52,820 bases of DNA from a virus (lineage: Duplodnaviria > Caudoviricetes), in IMG/VR virus record IMGVR_UViG_3300032322_000399, positions 1-52,820 of that record. One strand, given 5' to 3'. Positions within the stretch are counted from its first letter, which is position 1. Every line of letters begins with the position of its first letter. The position numbers and the translations under genes were made by a program. Below the pieces are notes generated by a model that did not search any database, had not been told where the DNA came from, and saw only the letters and a list, made by a program, of their open reading frames with translations. This document shows positions 9,119-19,000 of the stretch, piece after piece.

Positions 9119-9162
9119 GAGCGGCGGGGCCAGCGAGGATCACCCGCTGAATCCCGCCGCTC
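9119..9162 (-). terminator. GC-rich hairpin after capsid/decoration genes
   Basis: GAGCGGCGGG / CCCGCCGCTC arms with inner CAGCG / CGCTG; no clear U tract. Confidence 0.55.
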
Positions 9163-9181
9163 AGGCTGAACTAACTACCTA

Positions 9182-9601
9182 TCAGGTTAGGTCAACCCAC
9201 AGGTAACGGAACGTATGAGACGCCTCGTTGATCGGTGAATTAGTCGCATTGACCGCGTACACCGTGACCGTGTTAGCGCCAGTCACACCAGCACCCGCGA
9301 AGGCGAGTCCCGATGTGAGCGCCGGAGGGTTCACCACAATGATGTCACCGACAGCAGCGCCCGTGACCGTGATAGTGCCCGATCCGGTAGCCCCGGCAGA
9401 GATCGACGGGAGGTCGATAGCGCCGGTGCCCGTGCTAATGCCCTTAACTACGGAACCTCCGCCCACGGCGAGCGTACCCGCCGTAAGGTCTCCCGTCACC
9501 GTAGCGTCGTCACCGACCGTGAGGTCATCGGTAGCAGCCACATCGTCGTCGGACTGTAGCCGACCTACAAGTGCTTCTCCCTTAGTGAGACGGTTAGACA
9601 T
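9182..9601 (-). CDS. Putative capsid decoration protein
   Basis: Coupled to MCP stop; TVTGAAVGDIIVVNPP...TGANTVTVYAVN. Confidence 0.6.
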   Translation of the reverse strand: MSNRLTKGEALVGRLQSDDDVAATDDLTVGDDATVTGDLTAGTLAVGGGSVVKGISTGTGAIDLPSISAGATGSGTITVTGAAVGDIIVVNPPALTSGLAFAGAGVTGANTVTVYAVNATNSPINEASHTFRYLWVDLT

Positions 9602-10578
9602 CAGGCCACCACGGTGTTCATGAAGTAGCCCAGGTCGCTCGACACGACCTTGTTGTCGAAGGCCACCTCGGCCTCGACGCGGCTAGCCTTCAGGTGCTCC
9701 ATGCGGAACTGCGAAGTGCCGATCGTCTGACCGAGACCGCCGCTGACGCCGGTCCACGAGAAGATGTATCCCGCGGACGGGGTGAGCAGGCCCGGGTTCT
9801 GGGCGACGTGCATGAGGCACGCAACCTTGCCCGTGGCGAAGCCGTAAGCCTCCGCAGCGCCCTCGGCGTTCGTGGCCTTGACCGACTTCGCGACGAGAAC
9901 ACGATCGACCTCGAACATGCGTGCGAGCATGTCCGCCGTGACGGTCTGAGCACTCGTGTACTTGATGCGGTCCACGATGTCGGGGTGGTTACGCAACTTC
10001 CGGAACACGTCGTAGCCGAGGACGAGGGTGTTCGCCTCCATGCCCGTGTTCGAGAGGATCTGCGCCTTGCCAGCCTCGACAGTCTCGATCGGATCCGAGT
10101 TCGCGTAGTCGCTCCACTGCTTGAACTCGCCCGCACCGGGAGAGCCTGCGACACCGGCAACGTCGGTGCCCCACACGCCCGTGGTGAGGAAGTCCGAGAC
10201 GAACTGAAGTTCGCGACGCACGAGCATACGCATCGTGACGAACTCGGCAGCCTCGCGGAGCGGGTTCAGCGGAACGTCAGCGTTCGCGAGGGTCTGATCG
10301 TCCACGTCCTTGTGGAACGCGAACACGTCAGCGGAGTAGGTGTCCGTGGTCAGGCCGTATCCGGAGCCCGCGGACTCGGTGCCGGGAGCGCGGCGCTGGG
10401 CCTCGTCACGGAACCAGTCATTCTTGGTGTACTTGAAGTACTTGTCGGACTTCTTCTCGACAGGCACGACAGGGAACACCTTGTCTGCGATGAAGTTCTC
10501 CGAACGCTGCATGTACGCGACCGAGATGTTGGTCAGGATCGCATCAACGTGAACGGAGTTGATGTGCGGCTGTGGCAT
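9601..10578 (-). CDS. Major capsid protein
   Basis: 325 aa; VDAILTNISVAY...FIADKVFPVVPV...WSDYANSDPI; strong codon bias; follows scaffold and cement genes. Confidence 0.9.
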   Translation of the reverse strand: MPQPHINSVHVDAILTNISVAYMQRSENFIADKVFPVVPVEKKSDKYFKYTKNDWFRDEAQRRAPGTESAGSGYGLTTDTYSADVFAFHKDVDDQTLANADVPLNPLREAAEFVTMRMLVRRELQFVSDFLTTGVWGTDVAGVAGSPGAGEFKQWSDYANSDPIETVEAGKAQILSNTGMEANTLVLGYDVFRKLRNHPDIVDRIKYTSAQTVTADMLARMFEVDRVLVAKSVKATNAEGAAEAYGFATGKVACLMHVAQNPGLLTPSAGYIFSWTGVSGGLGQTIGTSQFRMEHLKASRVEAEVAFDNKVVSSDLGYFMNTVVA

Positions 10579-10609
10579 GTCTTATGCCCTTCCCTTCAGG
10601 TTGTGCGAA

Positions 10610-11002
10610 CTAGGCCGCGCGACCAGCGGACGCGCAGTTCACGACGACGGTGATGATCTCGGCGGAAGCACCCTCGGTGAGAGCCTGCCCGACGACGAAC
10701 TTGGTGGTGTCGGTGCCGAAGGTGAGGGCAACGCCCGCACCAGCAGCCGACGTGCCCACGGCAGCGCCCTCGGCGACTGAGCCGCCGAGCACGACCTTGG
10801 TGCCGCCGATGACGGTAACCTCGGCCTCCTGACCGGAGAGCGGGGCGTTCTGGAGAACACCGATCGGCTTGTCAGTCACGGCAGCGCACAGGATGGCCTG
10901 CCCGCTAGCGTTCAACTTGACGAACTTGTACTGTGCGCTGGAGAGATCCGCCCCCGCGACGAGGGTGATCTTCAGCGCGTTAGGGTTGATCTCGTAGGCC
11001 AC
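10610..11002 (-). CDS. Capsid cement protein (DUF2190-like)
   Basis: AGADLSSAQYKFVKL...PIGVLQNAP..G...EV. Confidence 0.75.
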   Translation of the reverse strand: MAYEINPNALKITLVAGADLSSAQYKFVKLNASGQAILCAAVTDKPIGVLQNAPLSGQEAEVTVIGGTKVVLGGSVAEGAAVGTSAAGAGVALTFGTDTTKFVVGQALTEGASAEIITVVVNCASAGRAA

Positions 11003-11004
11003 GA

Positions 11005-11811
11005 TTAGGCCCCCTTCTCGCTCGTGTACTGCGCGTACAGTTCCGGATTGCTCGTCGCCACGTCGGCGAACGCCTGCTCGAAGGTAGCGGCGCGGCCCTC
11101 GGTGACGAGGCTCTTAGCGAGGCTCGTCAGGCGGGCGTAGGCGTCACCTTCCACGACCGGGGCTGCCTTGCCGATCTCCGCGAAGATCGCGCCGGACTCG
11201 GCCTGCGCGTTAGCGGCGGACAGGGCATCCTCGACCGACTTAGCGAGGTCTGCGTCGTGGTCGGCGAGGTGGCGCAGGGCCGGGCCGATCACGGTCGGGT
11301 CGATGCTCAGGTTCTCCCACGAGCGTGCCTTCTCGATCGCCTCGGCGTCGAGAGCGGCCTCGCGCTCCTTGCGGAGAATCTCCTCGGCCTCGGCAGCCTT
11401 CGCCACGGCCTCCTCGCGCTCGGCGCGAAGGGTCTCGACCATCTTGACGACGGCCTCGGGGGCTGACTTCAGGAGGTCGTCGTCGGACGGCTCCTGAACG
11501 GGTGCGGGGGCGAGATCGGTGAGGCGTGCCTCCAGATCCGCGATCTTCTCCTCCGCCTTAGCGAGCGCATCGGTGAGTGTCTCCACCGTGGGCTCCTCGG
11601 ACACCACGGGGGCGTCCTCAGTAACGGTCTGGTCGGGCACGGGTTCCTCCTCGGTTCCCTCGGTCTCGGCGACGAGTGCCTCCACGATCTGGTCGGCCTC
11701 GGCCTGGTCTGCCGCTTTCACGACGAGCCAGCCCTCGTGCAGATGCGCGGGGTGATCGACACCCGAGGTCTCCTCGATCGCGAGGTTGACCATCTTGGGG
11801 GCCTTCGCCAC
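11005..11811 (-). CDS. Scaffolding protein with N-terminal protease-like E-x-S-x-V-D-x-P-A segment
   Basis: Acidic coiled coil, repeated K-A/K-S, ends NPELYAQY; AGGAGGAG RBS. Confidence 0.8.
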   Translation of the reverse strand: MAKAPKMVNLAIEETSGVDHPAHLHEGWLVVKAADQAEADQIVEALVAETEGTEEEPVPDQTVTEDAPVVSEEPTVETLTDALAKAEEKIADLEARLTDLAPAPVQEPSDDDLLKSAPEAVVKMVETLRAEREEAVAKAAEAEEILRKEREAALDAEAIEKARSWENLSIDPTVIGPALRHLADHDADLAKSVEDALSAANAQAESGAIFAEIGKAAPVVEGDAYARLTSLAKSLVTEGRAATFEQAFADVATSNPELYAQYTSEKGA

Positions 11812-11892
11812 GTTGCTCCTCCTAATGACGAACGGGCCGTCGCATCGAGTCGATCTGACTCGTACGACGACCCGCGGGTCTCGCCATGAGGA

Positions 11893-11903
11893 AGCGTAGC
11901 ACG
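11893..11903 (-). promoter_or_regulatory. Putative late promoter CGTGCTACGCT (extended -10), capsid operon
   Basis: Identical 11-mer at 50364-50374 upstream of tail operon; TG-n-TACGCT. Confidence 0.55.
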
Positions 11904-11944
11904 GCTGACGGGGAGTTATGAGTTCCTCTACCCGGGTATGCCGA

Positions 11945-11977
11945 AGCCCCCGCCCGCTGGAGGTCAGGACGGGGGCT
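11945..11977 (-). terminator. Hairpin ending the early island
   Basis: AGCCCCCG / CGGGGGCT arms just after 11993 stop. Confidence 0.55.
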
Positions 11978-11992
11978 CCGGGGATCGTGGGG

Positions 11993-12199
11993 CTAGTTGC
12001 CGCTGATCTCGTCGCGATAGTAGCGGGTCGCGTCGATGAGGGTGCGGAACTCGCCGAGCCGCTCGTAGCCGTAGGGGGTGCGACGGACGAGAGCCCACTT
12101 CCGGCTGCCCTCGGGGCTGCGCTTCACCCAGTAGCGGCCTCCGACCGTGGCGTAGGCGGTACCGACGCGGCGGAACGGGCCGATGTCGAGGCGGGTCAT
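11993..12199 (-). CDS. Hypothetical protein
   Basis: ATGA coupling to 12196-12450. Confidence 0.65.
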   Translation of the reverse strand: MTRLDIGPFRRVGTAYATVGGRYWVKRSPEGSRKWALVRRTPYGYERLGEFRTLIDATRYYRDEISGN

Positions 12200-12450
12200 C
12201 GTGCGGCCTCGGTGTCGATCGCGGCCTGCTGGATGTAGATCATCGCGAACGCGGCGGAGCGAGCGGCAGGGGTGAACATCGGCTCCTCGGCTACGACGCG
12301 CTCGAACCCGAGGAACAGGGTGTCGAGCCCGCCGGGGAACTCGGCGACCGCGGCGATCGCGTCGCGGATCTTCTCAGCGAGACCGCTCGTGTGCGCCTCG
12401 TAGGGGGTGTATGCCTGACGGGTAGCGGTGTCGGGGACTGCGTAGATCAT
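12196..12450 (-). CDS. Hypothetical protein
   Basis: AGGAGCCAC start sequence at 12452-12460. Confidence 0.75.
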   Translation of the reverse strand: MIYAVPDTATRQAYTPYEAHTSGLAEKIRDAIAAVAEFPGGLDTLFLGFERVVAEEPMFTPAARSAAFAMIYIQQAAIDTEAAR

Positions 12451-12491
12451 TGTGGCTCCTTCGGGGTGTAGGGGTGTCGGGGTGTAGGGGA

Positions 12492-12776
12492 CTAGAAGCC
12501 GAGACGCTTCAGGTCGGCGTTCGCTCGCTTGCCCATGACGCGCGAGGTGGCTGCGACGTAGGTCGCGCCGGTGTTATCGGTGCGGATCTTCGCGTCGGTG
12601 TAGACGGCCTGCGCGTTGATCGCGGCGACGAGGCGCTCGGCGACCTTCTTATTCGTCAGGAGGTAGCCGTGCGTGCTCGGGCGATCGACGGCTGCATCCC
12701 ACGTCGTCGTGACGCGCCAGCAGGAGGGATCCCACTCGGTAGCGGGGGCGACGGTGAGGGTGGCGGTGGCTCGCAT
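12492..12776 (-). CDS. Hypothetical protein
   Basis: AGGAGCCAC at 12779-12787; directly behind promoter. Confidence 0.75.
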   Translation of the reverse strand: MRATATLTVAPATEWDPSCWRVTTTWDAAVDRPSTHGYLLTNKKVAERLVAAINAQAVYTDAKIRTDNTGATYVAATSRVMGKRANADLKRLGF

Positions 12777-12818
12777 TAGTGGCTCCTAGCGGTCTCGGCG
12801 GTGTTGCCGTATGAGGAG

Positions 12819-12848
12819 ACTCTACCTAACCCCCGTTAGGTCTGTCAA
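12819..12848 (-). promoter_or_regulatory. SigA-type promoter with palindromic operator in spacer
   Basis: TTGACA-N18-TAGAGT; CTAACGGGGGTTAG at 12826-12839. Confidence 0.85.
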
Positions 12849-13144
12849 GCGGGTTCCTCCGGCGAGTCCTGAGAGACCGGCGTCAGGTCGATCCGGGTCA
12901 TGATCCCGGCCTTCGCCCGCTCGTAGGCGTACCGCAGACACTCCCCGTACGAGGCCCACCCGAGGCCCGTAGCGAAGGCGTAGCCCGGCTCCCCTGCGTA
13001 GCAGGCCGTCGTGCAGTACCGGGCCGAGCAGCGGCGACAGGACAGGCCGGGCCCGTCGTAGTGACAGAGGCCCGCTCCGGGCCCGTATCTGCCCGGGTTC
13101 TGGTCGTAGGTGATGTACGCCGTGAGGTCGAGGATCCCGTCCAT
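12845..13144 (-). CDS. Cys/Tyr-rich hypothetical protein, probably leaderless
   Basis: TAGACT-N7-ATG next to operator 13158-13171; CRRC...C...C. Confidence 0.6.
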   Translation of the reverse strand: MDGILDLTAYITYDQNPGRYGPGAGLCHYDGPGLSCRRCSARYCTTACYAGEPGYAFATGLGWASYGECLRYAYERAKAGIMTRIDLTPVSQDSPEEPA

Positions 13145-13167
13145 ACCCAACAGTCTACTAACCCGGG

Positions 13168-13269
13168 TTAGAAGCGGCGATCGGTCGAACGTCGTACGAG
13201 CCAGTCCCCGAACGCGAACCCTACGAGCGCACCGAACAGGAACACCCCGACCGTCACCCGATCAGTCAC
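13168..13269 (-). CDS. 33-aa single-TM peptide (not in ORF track)
   Basis: MTDRVTVGVFLFGALVGFAFGDWLVRRSTDRRF; GTGA overlap. Confidence 0.55.
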   Translation of the reverse strand: MTDRVTVGVFLFGALVGFAFGDWLVRRSTDRRF

Positions 13270-13454
13270 GGCTCCACCATCGACTGCGGCCCGCCGTTCA
13301 CGATCACCGTGGGCCGAGCCCGCACCTTCCCCTTCGATGCCGATAGGCGCACGTCCACCTGACCGTCAGGGAACGCCGACACCACGGCGAGCACCTCCGG
13401 GCTCATGAGTTGCTCAACCCACGCACGGATCAGCGGAGGGATCTCCTCATTCAC
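13266..13454 (-). CDS. Hypothetical protein
   Basis: GTGA overlap with protease stop. Confidence 0.65.
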   Translation of the reverse strand: MNEEIPPLIRAWVEQLMSPEVLAVVSAFPDGQVDVRLSASKGKVRARPTVIVNGGPQSMVEP

Positions 13455-15736
13455 GCAGCGGGCTCCCCTTCAGCGCCGGGCAGATCCGCGAGCACCCGGT
13501 CGGCCTTACCGCCGATCGAGTAGCCGCGCAGTTTCCCGGCCTTCACCATCTCCCACGCCCACGGCTCCCACACGACGCCGAGGAACACCGTGTTCGCCGG
13601 GTAGGTCAGTTTCCGACCGTCCATCTCCGCGCCGAACATCGGCACCGTGACCTCGTAGGGCCACGCGAGTACCTCGACCCACTCGCCCGCGACCACGGAG
13701 CGGTTGTGCTGAAGCCGGATCCCACGGTCACCCGCGCGGACGTACTCCCAGACTGCGCTCTGCAACTCGTCCGGATCAGTCCACTCGCCGTGAGCGTCCA
13801 CCATGTTCGGGACATACATAGGGCCCATCGTGTAGCGGCGCTCGTCGGCCTTCTGCACGAACGCAGCCGACTTCCCGAGCGACATCTCCTCGGGCTCTGC
13901 CTCGGGGCTCTCGCCCACGAGATGCTCGGGGATGATCCACAACTTGCACGCGCCCTCCGGTTCCACGGGCATCGACAGGATCTCGCAGCCGCCGCCGCCC
14001 TCGAAGTACACGCAGTTCGCGCACTTCATGCCCTTCTCAGCGAACACGTTCTCCGCCGCCGGGATGTAGTGAGCACCCTCCGCACCGACACCGCCGTCCC
14101 ACGGTCCGAACGCCTCCGCGATCATCTCGTAGGCGTCGTACATGACCTGCTGGCGCGGCGACAGGGCGTCCTCGGGGTCGTAGGTGCCTTCGGCCTCGGC
14201 CTTCTCGATGCGCTGCCACAGACCGTTCACCCACGAGCGACCGGCGTCTCCGCCCCAGGCGTCCCAGGCCACGCGGCCCGGAGACGGGAACCCGTCCTCA
14301 CCGGAGGAGAAGCCCTCGGCCTGCCGATCGACCTCGTGGCGGGCGAAGTACGAGCGCATCCGCCCGATCGTCTCCCGCGACACGGCGTCACCGCGGGCGA
14401 GTTGCGCGGCACGGGCCCGGCCTACGTCGGTGAAGTTCGCCCCGGCCTTCCCGTCCTTGATCCAGTCGAGCGCACGTCGAGCGGCCTCACGCACGCCCTG
14501 CGGCGGCGAGTAGGTCTCGGCCTTCAGGACGGCGGGCGGCTGGTCACCCTCGTCGTGGACTGAGCGCCACGCCGCGAGGATGCGGCGCTTCACACCCGGC
14601 AGATCCTCGGCAGGGATCTCGACACGGTTCCCGCGGAACCCGCCGGGCCCGAGTGCAGCGACAGCGCGGCCCACCTGAGCAGCGGTCACCTTCTCGTCGG
14701 GCGAGTCCCACAGGCGCAGTTTCCACGTCGAGGGTCGCTCGGGATCGGGGACGTACGCGAACGCCTCCGCCGGGTACTGCTCCCCGTCCTCGGTCTTCAT
14801 CGGTGCGGCCTTCCGTAGGTCAGAGATCCGGCGCAGCGTGGACGCCTTATGCCCGACGACGACCTCGGTCTCCCGCCAGCCCTCCGGGCCCCGCTCCCAC
14901 ACACGGATCGCCACCGCAGGGTTACCGGGCTCGGCTCGCACGCTGAAGTCTGAGTCCGGCACACCGAACACGCCCTCGGTCATGACGTGCTCGACACGTC
15001 CACGGGCGGTACCGCCGGACGAGTTCCACGACACGAAGTCGCCGACCTTCACGTCCGCAGCGGCCTTCGTGTAGCCGAGACCTGAGCACGCGCCCTTCTC
15101 GGGCTCTCCGCCTCCGCACATCACGCAGCGCACACGCCCGTCGCGGGTGACATACCGGGACGGCTTGAACGGGTGCGGGTCTTTCGCGCCCTTGCGCTTC
15201 TTATTCCTGGCGATGAGACGGTTCTCGATCTCGAAGGAGTAGCCCTTCCGCAGCGCGAGGGCATCCATGACACGGCCTCGTAGCCTGTCGAGCACCTCGT
15301 ACTCGGTCTCGTCGTCGTACTCGGGCTCCTCGTCGTACTCAGTCTCGATCCCGGCGAGAGAGGCGAACTGCTCCTCGGGGTCATCGGTCGGCTCACACGG
15401 CAGCACCCGGATCTCGTAGCCGCGGGGCCCGAGGACCGACGCCACGTCAGCGAGCGGCACACCGGCCTCCCACGCCTGCCTCAGCGCCGCTACGACCTCG
15501 ACAGGGAGATCCTCACCGTAGGACTCGGGGTCGGTCGAGAGGCCCTGAGCGCGGTCGAGGATGAGCGCCTCGACCTCGGAGCACTCGACAGCACCGCCGC
15601 GGCCCGCGATAGCCGCGGTGATCTCGTGGTGCGCCACCTTCTCGGCGTCGCTCGCGGTGGTCGCGTGGTAGCGGGTATGCCAAGACGAGTGCGCGGCGTC
15701 GAGCCGGTCAAGCGTCAGGGTCGAGATCACAGACAT
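13451..15736 (-). CDS. Multidomain head protein with C-terminal XkdF-type prohead protease
   Basis: GAGGAGG RBS before ATG 15736; C-terminal YVPNMVDAHGE...LQH...GKLRGYSIGG; upstream Tudor-like, HiPIP-like and other modules. Confidence 0.8.
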   Translation of the reverse strand: MSVISTLTLDRLDAAHSSWHTRYHATTASDAEKVAHHEITAAIAGRGGAVECSEVEALILDRAQGLSTDPESYGEDLPVEVVAALRQAWEAGVPLADVASVLGPRGYEIRVLPCEPTDDPEEQFASLAGIETEYDEEPEYDDETEYEVLDRLRGRVMDALALRKGYSFEIENRLIARNKKRKGAKDPHPFKPSRYVTRDGRVRCVMCGGGEPEKGACSGLGYTKAAADVKVGDFVSWNSSGGTARGRVEHVMTEGVFGVPDSDFSVRAEPGNPAVAIRVWERGPEGWRETEVVVGHKASTLRRISDLRKAAPMKTEDGEQYPAEAFAYVPDPERPSTWKLRLWDSPDEKVTAAQVGRAVAALGPGGFRGNRVEIPAEDLPGVKRRILAAWRSVHDEGDQPPAVLKAETYSPPQGVREAARRALDWIKDGKAGANFTDVGRARAAQLARGDAVSRETIGRMRSYFARHEVDRQAEGFSSGEDGFPSPGRVAWDAWGGDAGRSWVNGLWQRIEKAEAEGTYDPEDALSPRQQVMYDAYEMIAEAFGPWDGGVGAEGAHYIPAAENVFAEKGMKCANCVYFEGGGGCEILSMPVEPEGACKLWIIPEHLVGESPEAEPEEMSLGKSAAFVQKADERRYTMGPMYVPNMVDAHGEWTDPDELQSAVWEYVRAGDRGIRLQHNRSVVAGEWVEVLAWPYEVTVPMFGAEMDGRKLTYPANTVFLGVVWEPWAWEMVKAGKLRGYSIGGKADRVLADLPGAEGEPAA

Positions 15737-15794
15737 GCGGGCCTCCTCATGGCATTGTGCCAGTAACCGGGGGTGATCTATCACTAACGCCGGG

Positions 15795-16022
15795 TCAGCG
15801 AGGCCAGGGCCAATCGCGGGGCATCATGTTGTCAGGCATCTCGCGGACGCCCTCCTCCGGCTCCTCGGGGATCTGCGAGGCAGGCGAAGCAAGCGGAAGC
15901 CCCTCCGCACGCTCGGCAGCGTTCTCGGCGACCGTGACATACCCGCCGCCGCCGACCGGAAGCACGAGGAGTTCGTCAGGTGAGACCTCCTCGATCCATG
16001 ACACACCGTCTTCGGGGCTCAT
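15795..16022 (-). CDS. Small acidic protein, candidate immunity/antidote for the MuF effector
   Basis: Directly after ART domain; own TAAGAT-N6-ATG; function inferred only from position. Confidence 0.5.
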   Translation of the reverse strand: MSPEDGVSWIEEVSPDELLVLPVGGGGYVTVAENAAERAEGLPLASPASQIPEEPEEGVREMPDNMMPRDWPWPR

Positions 16023-16026
16023 ACCG

Positions 16027-19000
16027 CTATCTTACTCCTACCGGGGTTAGGGCAGTCAGGGTCGAACTCGGCAGCCGACGCTTCGCGAAGATCGCCACGT
16101 TAGAAGCCGAGGGTGCCTTCGTCGGGCTCTGATCCACGACCGTCGCCTCGACCACGATCTCGCCGTTGTTTCTCTTGTACACCTTGTCCACGCGCAGCGT
16201 CGTACCCGCACCGAGCAGGAGTTCACCCTCACGGTGACCGAAGGACGAGTGCGCTCCCTCGCCGAGGTACGCGCCCTTAGTGCCGCGCGGAGCGCGGATC
16301 ACGAACAGGACACCGCCGGAGAAGCCCTGCGCCGTGCTCGGGTTCAGCGACGTAGACATCACCGAGTGGTCATGCACGAGGTCGCCAGGTTGTAGGGACG
16401 CGTAGGCGTCGCGGGAAGTCCCGGCGACTTGGATACCACGGAACAGGGTCAGATCCTCCGGCAGCGTTGACCTGTTGATCGCCTGCACGGTCGCCTTCAG
16501 TCCGGGGGACATCTTGCCAGGGTCGGTAGATCCTCCGTTACGCATCACCCGGTTCCATGTGCGGAACGACGAGCCCGTGTACCGGGAGAGACCGCTGATC
16601 TCGGTGCTCTTCAGTCCTCGACGCCACGCGTCGAACGCCTGCTGTCCCCACGAGCGCCAGTCCGCGGAGCCCGAGAAGTCGTGCGTGCCCGATAGGTTCA
16701 GCGGGAAGTCGGCCTGCTGCGTGAGCGAGTCGGTGTAGGTGGTGCTGCCCGTCGTGACGCCGGTCTTCGTCGCGGGTGACAACTGATCCCACGGAATCTT
16801 CTTTCCGCCAGGGATGACGACGAACTTCCCAAGCGGGTCGATGCTCTGGATCTCGTATTTCGTGCTCCCGACGTAGACGACGGTGCCCGCCTGGACCGGC
16901 TGCACATCATCGGGCGACGACGTGAACTTCTTCCCCGTCTTCGACTCGATGACGAACGAACCGTCTGGCTTGATCTCCACGACCTTGTACGAGTTCGCAG
17001 GAAACTTCTTCGAGGACACGATGAAGCCGACCTGCGGCTTGAACGGGCGAGCCGAAGCGAACGGGGAGATGCCCGCGTTGCCGGTCGCGATGTAGTCGAA
17101 GTCCACCTTCGACCACACGCTCGCGCTCGTGTATCCATCTGGGTAGATGAAGGTCACGTTCCACGATCCGTCACCGTTGTCTGCGGTGAGTTCGATCACC
17201 ACCGCGTCCTTCTTGTACTTGTCACCGAGCAACGGGTTCTTCGGGTCCGGAGTGTGCGAGGAATCCAAGACCGCGGGCGGCGGCGTCGGGATGTCGGAGT
17301 CGAGGGCCTTCACCTTGTAGTTCGGACCCGCCTTCGAAGCCTGCCAAGTCTTGAACGTCGCGGCGTCCATCCAATCGCCCGACCCCATCGGCGTGTCGCC
17401 GTTGTACGTCAGAATCTTCACCTTGCCGCCGGACTTCTCCGCCACGAGGAACTGATACTTCGTAGCGCCGACCTTGCCTTCGAGCAGCAAGCCCGGCTCC
17501 ACCGCGTCGAAGTCGAGGGTGTCCAGCGTTTCCCCGACCTGCGGCTTCCCGGTCGCGATCGACTTCGGCGGGTACTTCGCTTCGAGCGACTTCAAGCGGG
17601 CCTCTAGCAGATCCGCGAGGACACCGAGATCCGGCTTCAGCGGAAGCGGCAGCCCGTAAAGTTGCGCTTCCTTCCACGTCGCCTCGTACAGGTCGTCCAC
17701 GATCTTCTTCGTGCCCCCGGCTTCGTCCACCGTCTTCCGTAGCAGCGCGACCTGATCGGCGAGGTCGAGGTCGTCCACGGACTTGACTCCGGCCTTCGTG
17801 AGCACCTGCTTGTAGTACTGGTTCTGCGTGAAGAACGCCCCAAGATCGACCTCGTGCAGGTCGGTCGGATCCTTCACCTTCAGGTTGCCCTGCGCCCGGA
17901 ACAGAAGCGAGCCGCCCGCGTCGATGCGTGCGATCGTGCCGTCCGCCAGGACGACGATGTTGTCGAGGCCGGTGCCCACGGCGTCGAAGTTCGCGAGCCA
18001 AGCATCGGCGGCGAACCCGTCCACCGTCTTCTTCGCGCGAGCCGCGGTGAGCCCGAGAGATCCCACGGTGCCCTGGTTGTCGATGATCTCTGTCGCGATG
18101 AGCACCTTCTCCTTGCCCGTGTCAGGATCGGTCCACGTCGAAAGCGTGGTCCGCGGAGCCTTCACACCCGCGGCTGCGTACAGGCGGTTAGCCAGCATCT
18201 CTTGGAAAGCCTGATCCGGGTTCGCGTACGCCTTGACGTAATACTTCTTCCCGTCCTTACCTGTCCAGAATCCGCCGGGCTTGCCGGTGTTCGAGCCCGT
18301 GGGTCCGCCTGTCTGCGTGCCGAGGAGATCGAAGGAGTCCGTGAACGGCGGGAGGTAGTCGCCCTCGGTGGGCTTCAGCGTGCCGTTCGGGTTCGTCGTA
18401 GGGGTCGGGTCGGGCACCGTGACAGGAGCAGCGTCCGGGGTCTTCGGCGGTGCGACCGTCACCGTGTCCGGCGTCGTCTTCATCGTCGCCGACGCGGGGA
18501 TCATCGAGCCGTCGCCGAACGTCGTCTGCGTGCCGTCCGTGAACTTGACGATGTTCCCGTCGATCTGGTGAACCTGCTTGACCTCGCCCTGGTAGTACAT
18601 GAGCGAGCCCGTGGGCATCCCGAGGCACTCCTCCGGGCCGATGATCTTCTCCGTGTACTTCGGGTTCCCGTCCGCGTCCACGCCGATCGCGTACTTCACC
18701 TTCACGAAGCCGTTCGGCAGGATGTCGATGATCTCGCCCGTGCCGCCGTTGCCGTCCTTCAGCGCCGTGTAGCGCCACAGTTTCGGCTGCCACATCGTCG
18801 GGTTCGGGTCTCCGCCTGCGATGACGCTCGGGCCCGGGGGCTTCGCTGACGGGCCGAGGGTGCCGAGGACGTGCTGCGTCTTCTCCGGGCCCGGCACGAT
18901 CGCGAACGCCGTCTTGCCGGATTGCGCGTCGATGTCGATCTCGAACTTTTTCTTCGCTCCCGGCGAGTAGTACAGGATCCCGCCGTTCGGGCCGGTGCCG

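Noticed and set aside
9694-10653. Long plus-strand ORFs (also 13706-14563, 17854-18849, 20922-21746, 47377-48516, 49385-50149)
   Set aside because: Antisense shadows of well-supported genes, expected in high-GC DNA; no motifs or start signals.
12461-12490. Short direct repeat TCGGGGTGTAGGGG x2
   Set aside because: Only two copies in a 40-bp spacer; no function supportable.
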